Assembly: GCA_039024555.1 (NCBI GenBank)
Contig: JBCCQQ010000002.1
Span: forward strand, 96,001 to 160,000
Reading direction: 5' to 3'
Origin: Cyanobacteria bacterium P01_D01_bin.156
GTDB taxonomy: Bacteria > Cyanobacteriota > Cyanobacteriia > Phormidesmidales > Phormidesmidaceae
Length of the DNA stretch: 64,000 nt
In this document: positions 55,782 through 64,000 of the stretch, one piece after another
Layout: the number at the start of each line of letters is the position of its first letter
Numbering within the stretch: position 1 is the first letter of the stretch
Program-made: the position numbers and the translations under genes
Notes under the pieces: generated by a model
Told to the model about the DNA's origin: nothing
The model's database searches: none
What the model saw: the letters and a program-made list of their open reading frames with translations, nothing else

Positions 55782-56486
55782 ATGGACAGCAGATTCGGTG
55801 CCCGAGACACTTCAGCAAGTGACAATCTGATTGCCACTGCTCCTTTTTTCCAAGAGCTGCCTGAAGCTACGGTTCAGCAAGCAACAGCTCAGATTGTGAC
55901 GCGTCGCCATCCAGCTGGTCAGGTACTTCTATTGGAAAACGACTGGGGGAATTCGGTCTACTTTATCCTGGATGGCTGGGTCAAAATTCGCACCTATAAT
56001 TTGGACGGTAAAGAAGTCACCCTAAATATCTTGGGAAAAGGTGAACTGTTTGGCGAGATGGCACCTCTAGAAGCGGTACCTCGCTCCACAGACGTGATTA
56101 CTTTGGCTACAACAATGATTGGCAGTATGCCAGCCCAAGACTTTGTCAGCTTGCTTAACACTGAACCTCAGGCAGGTATTCGTTTGGCTAAGTTGATGGC
56201 GCGACGGCTACGCCAGGTTAACCGACGACTGCGATTGCGCGAATCAGATAGCCAATCTCGCGTAGCCGATGTTTTACTGTTTCTTGCCGATGGTCAAGGT
56301 ACTCAGGGAGCTGCTGGCGTAGAGATTCCCAATCTACCCCACCGAGAACTCAGCAGCTTGAGCGGACTAGCACGGGAGACAGTTACTCGCGTTCTCAGTA
56401 AACTTGAAAAAAAGGGATTAATCAGTCGCGAACGAGATATTGTTCGTATTCCCTCCATTGATAATTTAGAACGGTTGCTAGTCTAG
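55782..56486 (+). CDS. Crp/Fnr family regulator (cAMP-receptor-protein-like)
   Basis: LFGEM..PRST phosphate-binding cassette; HTH LSSLSGLARETVTRVL. Confidence 0.9.
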   Translation: MDSRFGARDTSASDNLIATAPFFQELPEATVQQATAQIVTRRHPAGQVLLLENDWGNSVYFILDGWVKIRTYNLDGKEVTLNILGKGELFGEMAPLEAVPRSTDVITLATTMIGSMPAQDFVSLLNTEPQAGIRLAKLMARRLRQVNRRLRLRESDSQSRVADVLLFLADGQGTQGAAGVEIPNLPHRELSSLSGLARETVTRVLSKLEKKGLISRERDIVRIPSIDNLERLLV

Positions 56487-56538
56487 CCATATCGATAGCA
56501 TCAAGATTAAGATTTTGGTTAGGTAACATTCCAACACC

Positions 56539-57339
56539 ATGGGGCAGCCAGACGAGGAACAGCAGTCAAAAATACAGGCACCAGGTGGAGCAAACGGTAG
56601 CAATTCAAGCGACTTCGACGACTTAGACTTGGATATTCCCTGGATAGAGGACGATGTAGCTGATCAGAGCCTGCCTGCACAGCGGATAACAGCATCTGGC
56701 AATAAGGGTCCCGTTGCACTGGTGGAAACCGCATTTTTAGCAAGTGCCGCTAGTTTAATGTGGCTGATTAATCTGTACTTTCCACCGGGTCCGTTATTAC
56801 GAATCTTATTCCCAGTTCCCATTGCACTGGTATATCTTCGCTGGAATCATCGGTCTGCATGGATGGCGACAGCTGTATCCGGTCTGTTGCTCGCCATCTT
56901 AATTGGACCACCCCGCAGCTTACTCTACGTGATTCCCTATGGAGCACTTGGCGTTCAGCTGGGCTACCACTGGCGACGCCAGACTTCATGGCTGATTTCT
57001 CTGCCTATCGGTGCTCTGATTGTTACCCTAGGTATTTTTTTTCGCATTTGGCTCCTGTCGTGGATGGCTGGTGAAGACCTGTGGGGATATCTGGTAGCTC
57101 AAGTGGTGCAACTATCAGATTGGCTCACCAACCGTTTGCTGGACTTTGGGTTGCTCGGCTTGGGAGCGATTGGCCAGCCTAGCCCCGGCATTATCCAGAT
57201 AACTGCTGTGTCTATGGTATTTCTGAGCAGCGTCGTATATCTATTTACGGTCCATTTGACGGCCTGGATTCTGTTGGAACGAATGGGTATCGAAATACCC
57301 AAACCGCCTCAATGGGTACAGCAAATTCTGGATGAATAG
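56539..57339 (+). CDS. DUF2232 family membrane protein
   Basis: LVETAFLASAASL, FPVPIALVYLRW, GPPRS; adjacent to cobT. Confidence 0.8.
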   Translation: MGQPDEEQQSKIQAPGGANGSNSSDFDDLDLDIPWIEDDVADQSLPAQRITASGNKGPVALVETAFLASAASLMWLINLYFPPGPLLRILFPVPIALVYLRWNHRSAWMATAVSGLLLAILIGPPRSLLYVIPYGALGVQLGYHWRRQTSWLISLPIGALIVTLGIFFRIWLLSWMAGEDLWGYLVAQVVQLSDWLTNRLLDFGLLGLGAIGQPSPGIIQITAVSMVFLSSVVYLFTVHLTAWILLERMGIEIPKPPQWVQQILDE

Positions 57340-58486
57340 CTTATCGACTGAACAGCATCAAGTTCCTGAGTATCCTTTGATTGCTCATCATACTGATATC
57401 GCACTGACCCAGCGTTGGCAAAGGCATTATCAAGGTCAGCGCCCTTGCTATGTATGTGTTCTAGGCTTTACAGAAACTGCTCTCATTGCAAAGATTTCGG
57501 CCGCAGGCAATAGCCCTACTGCTCGGATGACGACAGCCGTGGCGGATGCAGAGTTTATTTATCATGGTCCCAGCTTAAACCCACACTACACCCTACCTCC
57601 TCTACAGGCAGGGGTTTCACCAGCATTACTTGCCTACGCCATAATTGCAGGCCAAACTTTACCCACATATCTCTTCAATACAGGGCTTCCCAACACTCCT
57701 AGCGTTCCTCATATTGATGTGAACGGGAGCGTTGCCCAATGCGTTAGCTCTGGCAACGCCTTATCTCTACGAACAGTTCAACATCTCTTTCAAGCAGGCT
57801 TACACTGGGGCAGCATCCTGGGACGCCGGTTCTCTGGCAGTTACTTGATTGTGGGTGAATGTGTGGTGGCCGGTACAACCACCGCCCAAGCCGTACTCAC
57901 AGCCTTGGGACTTGATGTAGCGGGATTCATGGGAAGCAGTCACCCTAAATGTAACCATTCCCAGAAAATGGACCTGATTGAAACAGGATTAAGTAACAGC
58001 CAGCCTGAGATAGATTCGGTATGGGCTGCGATCGCAGCCGTCGGCGATCCAATGCAACCATTTACCCTAGGTATGACCATCGCTGCAAGTCACAACAGTG
58101 GAGTCCTGTTAGCAGGTGGTAGCCAAATGGTTGCAATATACACAATGCTGATGCAGCTTTATGAACATCACCCATGGAACAGAGAAAATGTGATCATTGG
58201 GACGACTCAGTGGATCGTTAACGATGCTACCAGTCAGTTTCTGGCATTAGCTGACATCGTCCCCACGCCCCCAATAATCAGCAGCAAGTTTTCATTCCAA
58301 GAATCTAACTATCCTCAGCTCAGCATTTTTGAAAAGGGGTATATCAAAGAAGGTGTTGGGGCAGGGGGATGTTTAATTGCAGGGCATTTACATCAAAACT
58401 GGTCGCAGCCAAAACTCCTACAAACAATGGAAACACTCTTAGAAAGCTGCCTACATATTTCCGCATCCCAACCCAATCACAATTAG
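57332..58486 (+). CDS. cobT: Nicotinate-mononucleotide-dependent phosphoribosyltransferase CobT (cobamide lower-ligand activation)
   Basis: ISAAG, GECVVAGTTTA, VGDPMQ, LAGGSQM, KEGVGAGG. Confidence 0.88.
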   Translation: MNSLSTEQHQVPEYPLIAHHTDIALTQRWQRHYQGQRPCYVCVLGFTETALIAKISAAGNSPTARMTTAVADAEFIYHGPSLNPHYTLPPLQAGVSPALLAYAIIAGQTLPTYLFNTGLPNTPSVPHIDVNGSVAQCVSSGNALSLRTVQHLFQAGLHWGSILGRRFSGSYLIVGECVVAGTTTAQAVLTALGLDVAGFMGSSHPKCNHSQKMDLIETGLSNSQPEIDSVWAAIAAVGDPMQPFTLGMTIAASHNSGVLLAGGSQMVAIYTMLMQLYEHHPWNRENVIIGTTQWIVNDATSQFLALADIVPTPPIISSKFSFQESNYPQLSIFEKGYIKEGVGAGGCLIAGHLHQNWSQPKLLQTMETLLESCLHISASQPNHN

Positions 58487-58502
58487 CAACGACTACACGC
58501 TT

Positions 58503-58865
58503 TTAGTGACCACGATAGGCCAACAGTTGCTCCTCCAATGCAGCAATCCGGTTATAAGCCGCCGTTAACTGAGCGGTTAAACGCTGCACTTGAATTTCAG
58601 GAGATAAAACCTGGCTACCCGACATTTGATCTATACCAAAATGAGGCTCATCATTCAGAATATCCTTATGATCAATCGCTTCTTCCAAGCCATTGATGGC
58701 CACCCTTTCAGGAGGACTAACACCAAACTTTGGTCGTCTCAAATCGCTACTGGAATCTTGACGTACCAGCAGGTCAGACACTTTACAATCAATCTGTTCT
58801 AACAGTTGATGCAAGGTATCGACACGATTTGACAAATGCACTACTTTTTCTGGAGCAATATCCAT
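58503..58865 (-). CDS. Hypothetical coiled-coil protein
   Basis: HKDIL, LSPEIQVQRLTAQLTAAYNRIAALEEQLL. Confidence 0.75.
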   Translation of the reverse strand: MDIAPEKVVHLSNRVDTLHQLLEQIDCKVSDLLVRQDSSSDLRRPKFGVSPPERVAINGLEEAIDHKDILNDEPHFGIDQMSGSQVLSPEIQVQRLTAQLTAAYNRIAALEEQLLAYRGH

Positions 58866-59500
58866 GGGCTGGCAAATTCTCAAATAACCCCTTCATCCTA
58901 AGAACGCCGGACCCAGTTGGAAAGCTTATTACTTATTGATTTAACCTTTGGTTGTCAAGCTTGGAATCATAGATAAATAGAATAGAAATCTTAGATTTTT
59001 GCCTATTTATCTACAGAAGATTTACAGATTTCGGTGAATTTGGCCGTCAGTAATAGAAGTCTGACAGCCGTTAGTCATGCTGTGGAGAAATTAATCAGCT
59101 TTTATTGAACATTACCGAATTTGAGAAGAATTTGAGAATGAAAAGGAGCTATCAACCTTGTCAAGGTGCAAGCTTTAAAGAGTAAACCATTCCAAAAACG
59201 AGAAAAGCCTAACTTTTTATTCATAGCTTTGAGAAACATTAGGGTATACTTCACGCAGTTATGACGTACATCCGAACACCTACCTAAAGAATAAAGCCTC
59301 ATAAAGCTGTTCCCTTTAATTGCGTGCGGTAGTATGAATAAGGCTTGACACCATAGTCAAACTCATATTCATATATGTAGTGATTTTGAAGAGATAGCTG
59401 GAATAAGGAGTCAAATAAGGCACTATTAGCCCATACAAATGCTAAAGGTTGTGACCACACTAATCATTATTTTGAGCTGTTGGGGGCAGTGAATTAATCA

Positions 59501-60184
59501 ATGTCACCCAGATCTTCAATGACTGATACAACTGCATTCGTGGCAGGATGTGCCACGACAGGTGTTGCTGTCTTAGTGTTGTTGCTAGCAAGAGTTGGGT
59601 TTCAAACCTCTACACCAACAGTAGAGTCAAGTGCTCCACCGCCAGAAACAGTCGTTCCGGTTCCTCAATCTCCCGTACAGTCCCTGGATGATGGCCTTAG
59701 TGAAGACATTAAGCAAGAATTAGACCGCCAGCGAGATCTAACAGCTAAGCTAGAAAATCAGCTAGTACAGCAGGAAATGCTGGCTCGAAACCTGGAAAAT
59801 CAGCTTAAACAGCAACAGGAAGAGACTCGGGCTGTACTTTCACAGCTGAGGGAATATCAGCGTTCAGTAGACACATTATCGTTGCAAAATGGTCAACTGG
59901 CGGCGGCTCAATCGAATCAGACGCAGCAATCTTCTAATATCCAAACCATCCTGCTTTGGATGGGTGGAGGTTTGCTATTGGTAATGGTTGTAGGAGGAGG
60001 GATTATCCTTCTCTGTTTGGTATTTGTTTCTGGGCGACGGCGTGAAGAGCGTTCTGTTCCAGTGGTATATCCATTTCAGATGCCCGTTCCCCCTAGTGGG
60101 TATCGATACTATGAGCAAGAATTTTTACCGCCACCCAATATGCGACCTAAACGAGCCAACGCCACTTATTACGATGTGGAATAG
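59501..60184 (+). CDS. Membrane protein with N-terminal hydrophobic segment, Gln-rich coiled coil and C-terminal TM helix (PatN-like architecture)
   Basis: AFVAGCATTGVAVLVLLL, Q-rich heptads, ILLWMGGGLLLVMVVGGGII. Confidence 0.7.
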   Translation: MSPRSSMTDTTAFVAGCATTGVAVLVLLLARVGFQTSTPTVESSAPPPETVVPVPQSPVQSLDDGLSEDIKQELDRQRDLTAKLENQLVQQEMLARNLENQLKQQQEETRAVLSQLREYQRSVDTLSLQNGQLAAAQSNQTQQSSNIQTILLWMGGGLLLVMVVGGGIILLCLVFVSGRRREERSVPVVYPFQMPVPPSGYRYYEQEFLPPPNMRPKRANATYYDVE

Positions 60185-60426
60185 GGTGTACACAATCCGA
60201 TCTTGATGACGGACAGTTCAGAGAGTATGAATGCTTATGAGAGGTAAGCGTTCAGCATTAGTGCTCAGAGAATTCTCTTTACGTCAAACCCATAGAATAG
60301 AAGCCACAAAATCAGCAATCACCCTGTTGGCTGCCAAATAAGTAAATGTAAGGATGATCACCATAAGGAAGCAGCTAAAACACTCGCTTCTGCCATTGTT
60401 GTTTCTAGTTAAAAGGACTTATGGTT

Positions 60427-60585
60427 ATGTCCAAGCGCAATCAGACATCTCAAAAAGTTTTATGGCAACCTATTTCTGGTAAGCAATCAGAAGTTGTAAG
60501 GGGTGGCTTCGGATTTAGTTCTGGAACTTCACCTTCAGGCAACTCTTGGTGTGCACAGACGAAGAACATCATATTTTTACGTTAG
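60427..60585 (+). CDS. Double-glycine-leader peptide precursor 1 (52 aa; alternative ATG at 60421)
   Basis: MSKRNQTSQKVLWQPISGKQSEVVRGG|FGFSSGTSPSGNSWCAQTKNIIFLR; AAAAGGA RBS; paralogous to two downstream ORFs. Confidence 0.8.
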   Translation: MSKRNQTSQKVLWQPISGKQSEVVRGGFGFSSGTSPSGNSWCAQTKNIIFLR

Positions 60586-60670
60586 GCACAAACATCTTTT
60601 CAGTAGAGGTACGCCACATCCAGTGCAGTAGCCTTTTAATTTCCAAGATAAGGTAAAAAAGTTTTGGAAA

Positions 60671-60711
60671 GTCAAGCTAGGATTCCAGCGATACAGGGAT
60701 CCTAGTTTGAC
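60671..60711. terminator. Hairpin downstream of peptide gene 1
   Basis: gtcaagctaggattcc ... gggatcctagtttgac. Confidence 0.55.
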
Positions 60712-61031
60712 TATTAGTGAATAACAGTTAACCCTATCTCACCTATGTAGGCTCAAAGGTAACACCCAAATTCGACCTAGGAATAAAAATGAGACAGTTA
60801 ACGACATGGCTGGATTACGGAAAATACAGAGACTGATTAGGAGAAATTATCAAGCGTTTATGGTCGCTCAGGTCTCTTTACCTTAGACACATAAAACACC
60901 AGTCACACGCTCAGCACTGCTACCCTTACTCAACCGAAGTGGAAATGCCAACATAGTTGACATGGAAAAGATACGCTAAAGCGCTTAATCCCGTCACTGT
61001 TCTTTCTACTTGAAAAGGTACAAGTTCTAAC

Positions 61032-61178
61032 ATGTCTAAGCAAAACCAATCTTCTAAAGAAGCTCTCTGGAAGCCCCTTTCCAATCAACAAGCAGAAGTT
61101 GTAAATGGTGGGTTGTTTCGGAGTTATTGTAACCGCACAAAAAAATCGATGTACCGTTGGCACAACTACGGGCAGTGA
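61032..61178 (+). CDS. Double-glycine-leader peptide precursor 2 (48 aa)
   Basis: MSKQNQSSKEALWKPLSNQQAEVVNGG|LFRSYCNRTKKSMYRWHNYGQ. Confidence 0.8.
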   Translation: MSKQNQSSKEALWKPLSNQQAEVVNGGLFRSYCNRTKKSMYRWHNYGQ

Positions 61179-61222
61179 GCAGAGTGGATTCAATGTGGCA
61201 AGGTTAAAATAATTACTAAACC

Positions 61223-61264
61223 AACGCTTGAATTTCGACAGTCTCGAAACTCAAGCGTTTTTTT
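61223..61264 (+). terminator. Intrinsic terminator after peptide gene 2
   Basis: aacgcttgaatttcga-cagtc-tcgaaactcaagcgtt followed by a T run. Confidence 0.7.
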
Positions 61265-61605
61265 AATGGCTAATTTAGACGATAGTGAACTATTTATGTA
61301 GAAACGGCCTAACAAAAAGGCCAACTGTCACATGGGTAAAACATCCATTCTTTAGTCAATACTCCGCAGCAAAGCCCTTATCAATGTGTGGAATAATTAC
61401 GTTCACCACAGATAGTCAGAATTGAAAGTAGAACTGGTTGCACAACGAAATATATGGAGGTCTGTGAAGCATTCATATTTGAAGAATCCTCTTTACACAA
61501 ATCCCATAAAGCACCCGCCAAAGATTCAGTGAACACACACTGACCTTATGAAGGTATAAATGCGAACATAGTTTTGCAAGTGATGTTCACCAAGATATAC
61601 GCTCT

Positions 61606-61770
61606 ATGTTCAAACATAACCAGTCATCGAAAACAGTTCTTTGGCAGCCTCTATCTAACAAACAAGAAGAAACCTTAAAGGGTGGCGGACGCCGTCGTGG
61701 CAGGAGTTATCAGTACAACGATTGGTGTGGTCGGACAAGGAAGGTCATGATTAAAACCGGTCGTAGCTAG
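61606..61770 (+). CDS. Double-glycine-leader peptide precursor 3 (54 aa)
   Basis: MFKHNQSSKTVLWQPLSNKQEETLKGG|GRRRGRSYQYNDWCGRTRKVMIKTGRS. Confidence 0.8.
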   Translation: MFKHNQSSKTVLWQPLSNKQEETLKGGGRRRGRSYQYNDWCGRTRKVMIKTGRS

Positions 61771-61912
61771 TTGCTACTTTGAGTCCTCTCGACGAGTGAG
61801 GGTTAGGTAAGAAAAATTGCATTGATATAGTTGGGGTCACTACTCTGATAGAACTCCAGCTTTTTCATATGCTACTTAAGAAATTAAGGGACTTTAATCG
61901 CCTAGTTTTCAA

Positions 61913-61983
61913 AGGCGGCACCCAGATTCGAACTGGGGATAAAGGATTTGCAATCCTCTGCCTTACCACTTGGCCATGCCGCC
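61913..61983 (-). tRNA. trnC: tRNA-Cys (GCA), CCA not encoded
   Basis: GGCGGCATGGCCAAGTGGTAAGGCAGAGGATTGCAAATCCTTTATCCCCAGTTCGAATCTGGGTGCCGCCT folds to a cloverleaf with GCA anticodon and GTTCGAA T-loop. Confidence 0.97.
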
Positions 61984-62097
61984 GAATTGCCGAATTTCAA
62001 TATATCAAATTCTCGTCGCGTTCTAACTTAGGATTCAGTCGTAGGTCGCCTTTTTCTTGAAGTAGGGAGAAAATCAGTCTTCAACAACGCCATCTCG

Positions 62098-62973
62098 CTA
62101 TCTAATTTTGGCTAAAAGTTCATCAACCATTCGGTTAGCCTGGGCTTCGTAACCACCGCCAAATAGATTGAAATGGTTAACAATGTGATACAGGTTGTAG
62201 AGCGTTTTCCGTAGGGAATACCCGGATGACAGGGGATAAGATGCTTCATAGGCATCGTAGAAAGCTTTTGGGAAGCGACCAAATAGCTCGGTCATCGCTA
62301 AATCGACTTCACGATCGCCATAGTACATAGCCGGATCAAAAATCACTGGCTCTCCTGCTGTAGTAATGGCCGCATTTCCGGACCAAAGGTCACCATGCAC
62401 AAGAACAGGCACTGGATCATGACCTGCTAACAGGTCCGGTAAGGCATCTAATAACCGTTGTTGCTTTGGAAATGAACCACCCCGGCGTTTAGCTAAACGA
62501 AACTGATACCCTAAACGCTGATCGCGCCAAAAACTTAACCAGCTTTCTTGCCAGTCATTAGGTTGATGAGTTTCACCAATGGTATTCGCTCGATGCCAGC
62601 CAAACCCCAAATCGCTGGATACACGATGCATGGCTGCCAAGTGCTGCCCCATAGTGCTCCAGGCATTGCCACCACCAAGATTCAACCATTCCATAACGAT
62701 GTAGGAACTACCGCCAGCTAACCCTACACATAGCGGCTGGGGTACACGGATAGTTTGGCTGTTATACATATCTTTAAGGCCCGCCAGCTCTGCTTCAAAC
62801 ATTGCGAGCTTACTGGCCTGATTGAGCTTCACAAAGAAATTTCTCTGACCATCACTAACTTGATAAGCCTGGTTGATACAGCCACCACCAATGGAGGTTG
62901 TGTCCGCAACAACAAACGCTTGCCCGGTTATTTGGCGAATGTGCGCGGCAATATCTACCCAAATGACAGCCAT
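62098..62973 (-). CDS. Fructosamine/ketosamine-3-kinase family protein
   Basis: GGGCIN, FFVK, LVHGDLWSGN, FDPA, REVDLAM, YNLYH. Confidence 0.92.
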   Translation of the reverse strand: MAVIWVDIAAHIRQITGQAFVVADTTSIGGGCINQAYQVSDGQRNFFVKLNQASKLAMFEAELAGLKDMYNSQTIRVPQPLCVGLAGGSSYIVMEWLNLGGGNAWSTMGQHLAAMHRVSSDLGFGWHRANTIGETHQPNDWQESWLSFWRDQRLGYQFRLAKRRGGSFPKQQRLLDALPDLLAGHDPVPVLVHGDLWSGNAAITTAGEPVIFDPAMYYGDREVDLAMTELFGRFPKAFYDAYEASYPLSSGYSLRKTLYNLYHIVNHFNLFGGGYEAQANRMVDELLAKIR

Positions 62974-63002
62974 GATCTAGGCTCCTGACTTTTAGATGAG
63001 TG

Positions 63003-64000
63003 TTAGTTACTCTCAGGTTGCAATCTTAGAACACCGTAGGCATTGACCGGTAAATAACGCTTTACTGCAGCCTGAATCGCATCGGCATCGACTGTTTGGA
63101 TCGACCTAGGGTAGTTCAATGCATTCTCAATATCGCCAGTCATGGCGTGATAGTAACCATACATGTTGGCGCGATCGCTAGACGTTTCATTACCAAAGAC
63201 GTATCGATTAGCTACCTGAGTTCTCACCCGTCGTAGCTCAGCCTCGCTGACGGGTAAATTATGGAGTCGCTGAATATGCTCTAACACAGCCTTCTCCGCA
63301 GCTTCTAAACGGTCTACTGGTAGATGAGCAGAAATGTAAAATACTCCTTGCTCACCGTAGGTAATGTTGCTGGTGGAGATGCTGTTGACTAAGCCGCGAG
63401 TCTCCCGCAGATCCCGCACTAATCGGGCTGTACGCCCTTGGCCAAGGATTGAAGCCAAAACATCCAACGCATAGGTTTCTGAAAGCTGTTTCAGCCCTGG
63501 TACTCGCCAACTGAGTACTAAACGGGCCTGCTTTAATGTGGCATCCACATAATCTGCACGGGCAATGGATTGGAAGGGTTTTTCAAGGGAAGTAATAGGC
63601 ACTCCCTCTAGGGGCTCTCGAAGACTGTGTTGATGACGACGGGCCAGGGCCTTTTCAAAACTTTCTTCAACCGTTGCAATCAGCTGATCTACAGGCAAAT
63701 CGCCTACGACAACAGCGGTCATATTCTGAGGCTGATACCAGCGACGATGAAAGTCACGCATTTGCTCAGCCGACAGATTTTCAATTACTGATGTCGGCCC
63801 TAGTACAGGACGCCGATAGGGCAAATGTTCAAAGTTCAGCGCCATGGAGTGCTGAAAAATACGCCGCTTAGGATTGTCTTCGGACCGTCGAATCTCCTCT
63901 AAAATAACGGGCCGTTCTCGTTCAAAATCACTGTCGCTTAAATTGGCATTGAGCAAAAGCTCAACCTGTAGCGGAGCCAATTTTGAAAAGTCCTTAGGAG
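63003..64000 (-). CDS. M16 (insulinase/pitrilysin) family peptidase, 5'-truncated by the window edge
   Basis: ERERPVILEE, PYRRPVLG, FHRRWYQP, VVVGD, ARLVRDLRE; HxxEH would lie beyond the window. Confidence 0.88.
   Translation of the reverse strand, partial: PKDFSKLAPLQVELLLNANLSDSDFERERPVILEEIRRSEDNPKRRIFQHSMALNFEHLPYRRPVLGPTSVIENLSAEQMRDFHRRWYQPQNMTAVVVGDLPVDQLIATVEESFEKALARRHQHSLREPLEGVPITSLEKPFQSIARADYVDATLKQARLVLSWRVPGLKQLSETYALDVLASILGQGRTARLVRDLRETRGLVNSISTSNITYGEQGVFYISAHLPVDRLEAAEKAVLEHIQRLHNLPVSEAELRRVRTQVANRYVFGNETSSDRANMYGYYHAMTGDIENALNYPRSIQTVDADAIQAAVKRYLPVNAYGVLRLQPESN

Noticed and set aside
59266..59278. Second LexA-like site (gtacatccgaac)
   Set aside because: Half-site orientation does not fit RGTACNNNDGTWCB on either strand.
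60930..61193. 87-aa minus-strand ORF
   Set aside because: Antisense shadow of peptide precursor 2, whose + frame is supported by paralogy.
61687..61767. PatS/PatX-type inhibitor motif in peptide 3 (Arg/Gly-rich, ends KTGRS)
   Set aside because: The required RG(S/T)GR pentapeptide is not present.
60185..61912. CRISPR array, prophage or att-flanked integrated element beside tRNA-Cys
   Set aside because: No regular 25-40 bp direct repeats, no integrase, no second copy of the tRNA 3' end seen; the periodicity is explained by the three peptide genes.
61869..62060. 63-aa ORF
   Set aside because: Antisense to tRNA-Cys.
63003..64000. M16 peptidase as the maturase of the GG-leader peptides
   Set aside because: M16 peptidases are widespread housekeeping enzymes in cyanobacteria; it lies across the tRNA on the other strand, and GG leaders are normally cut by C39 domains.

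Overview
Cyanobacterial chromosomal window (phycobilisome genes, frequent HIP1 GCGATCGC octamers). The likely glucosylglycerate phosphorylase suggests a salt-adapted or marine strain, but that is inference. It is mostly housekeeping: EPS genes, leuC/leuD, pyk, crtR, aroH, sppA, cbbY, plsX-fabH-fabD-plsC, rpaB, radA, the large atp operon, apcE-apcABC, an hli gene, a cyAbrB, two Crp-family regulators, cobT, tRNA-Cys and a partial M16 peptidase. The ORF track misses petL (2919-3014, minus strand). It also misses the most interesting feature, in the apparently empty 1.7 kb beside the 3' end of tRNA-Cys. That region holds three tandem paralogous 48-54 aa ORFs. Each has a conserved 27-aa double-glycine leader and a variable core sharing a [W/Y]-C-x-[R/Q]-T-[K/R] motif, i.e. 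an orphan array of RiPP/bacteriocin-like or signalling peptide precursors. Other points of interest: a LexA-type box between rpaB and radA, a homogentisate prenyltransferase homologue with a degenerate second Asp-rich motif, a 1688-aa acidic protein ending in an Hsp70-like domain, and a duplicated RNA structure between apcB and apcC. All calls are by eye from motifs; no database searches were run.
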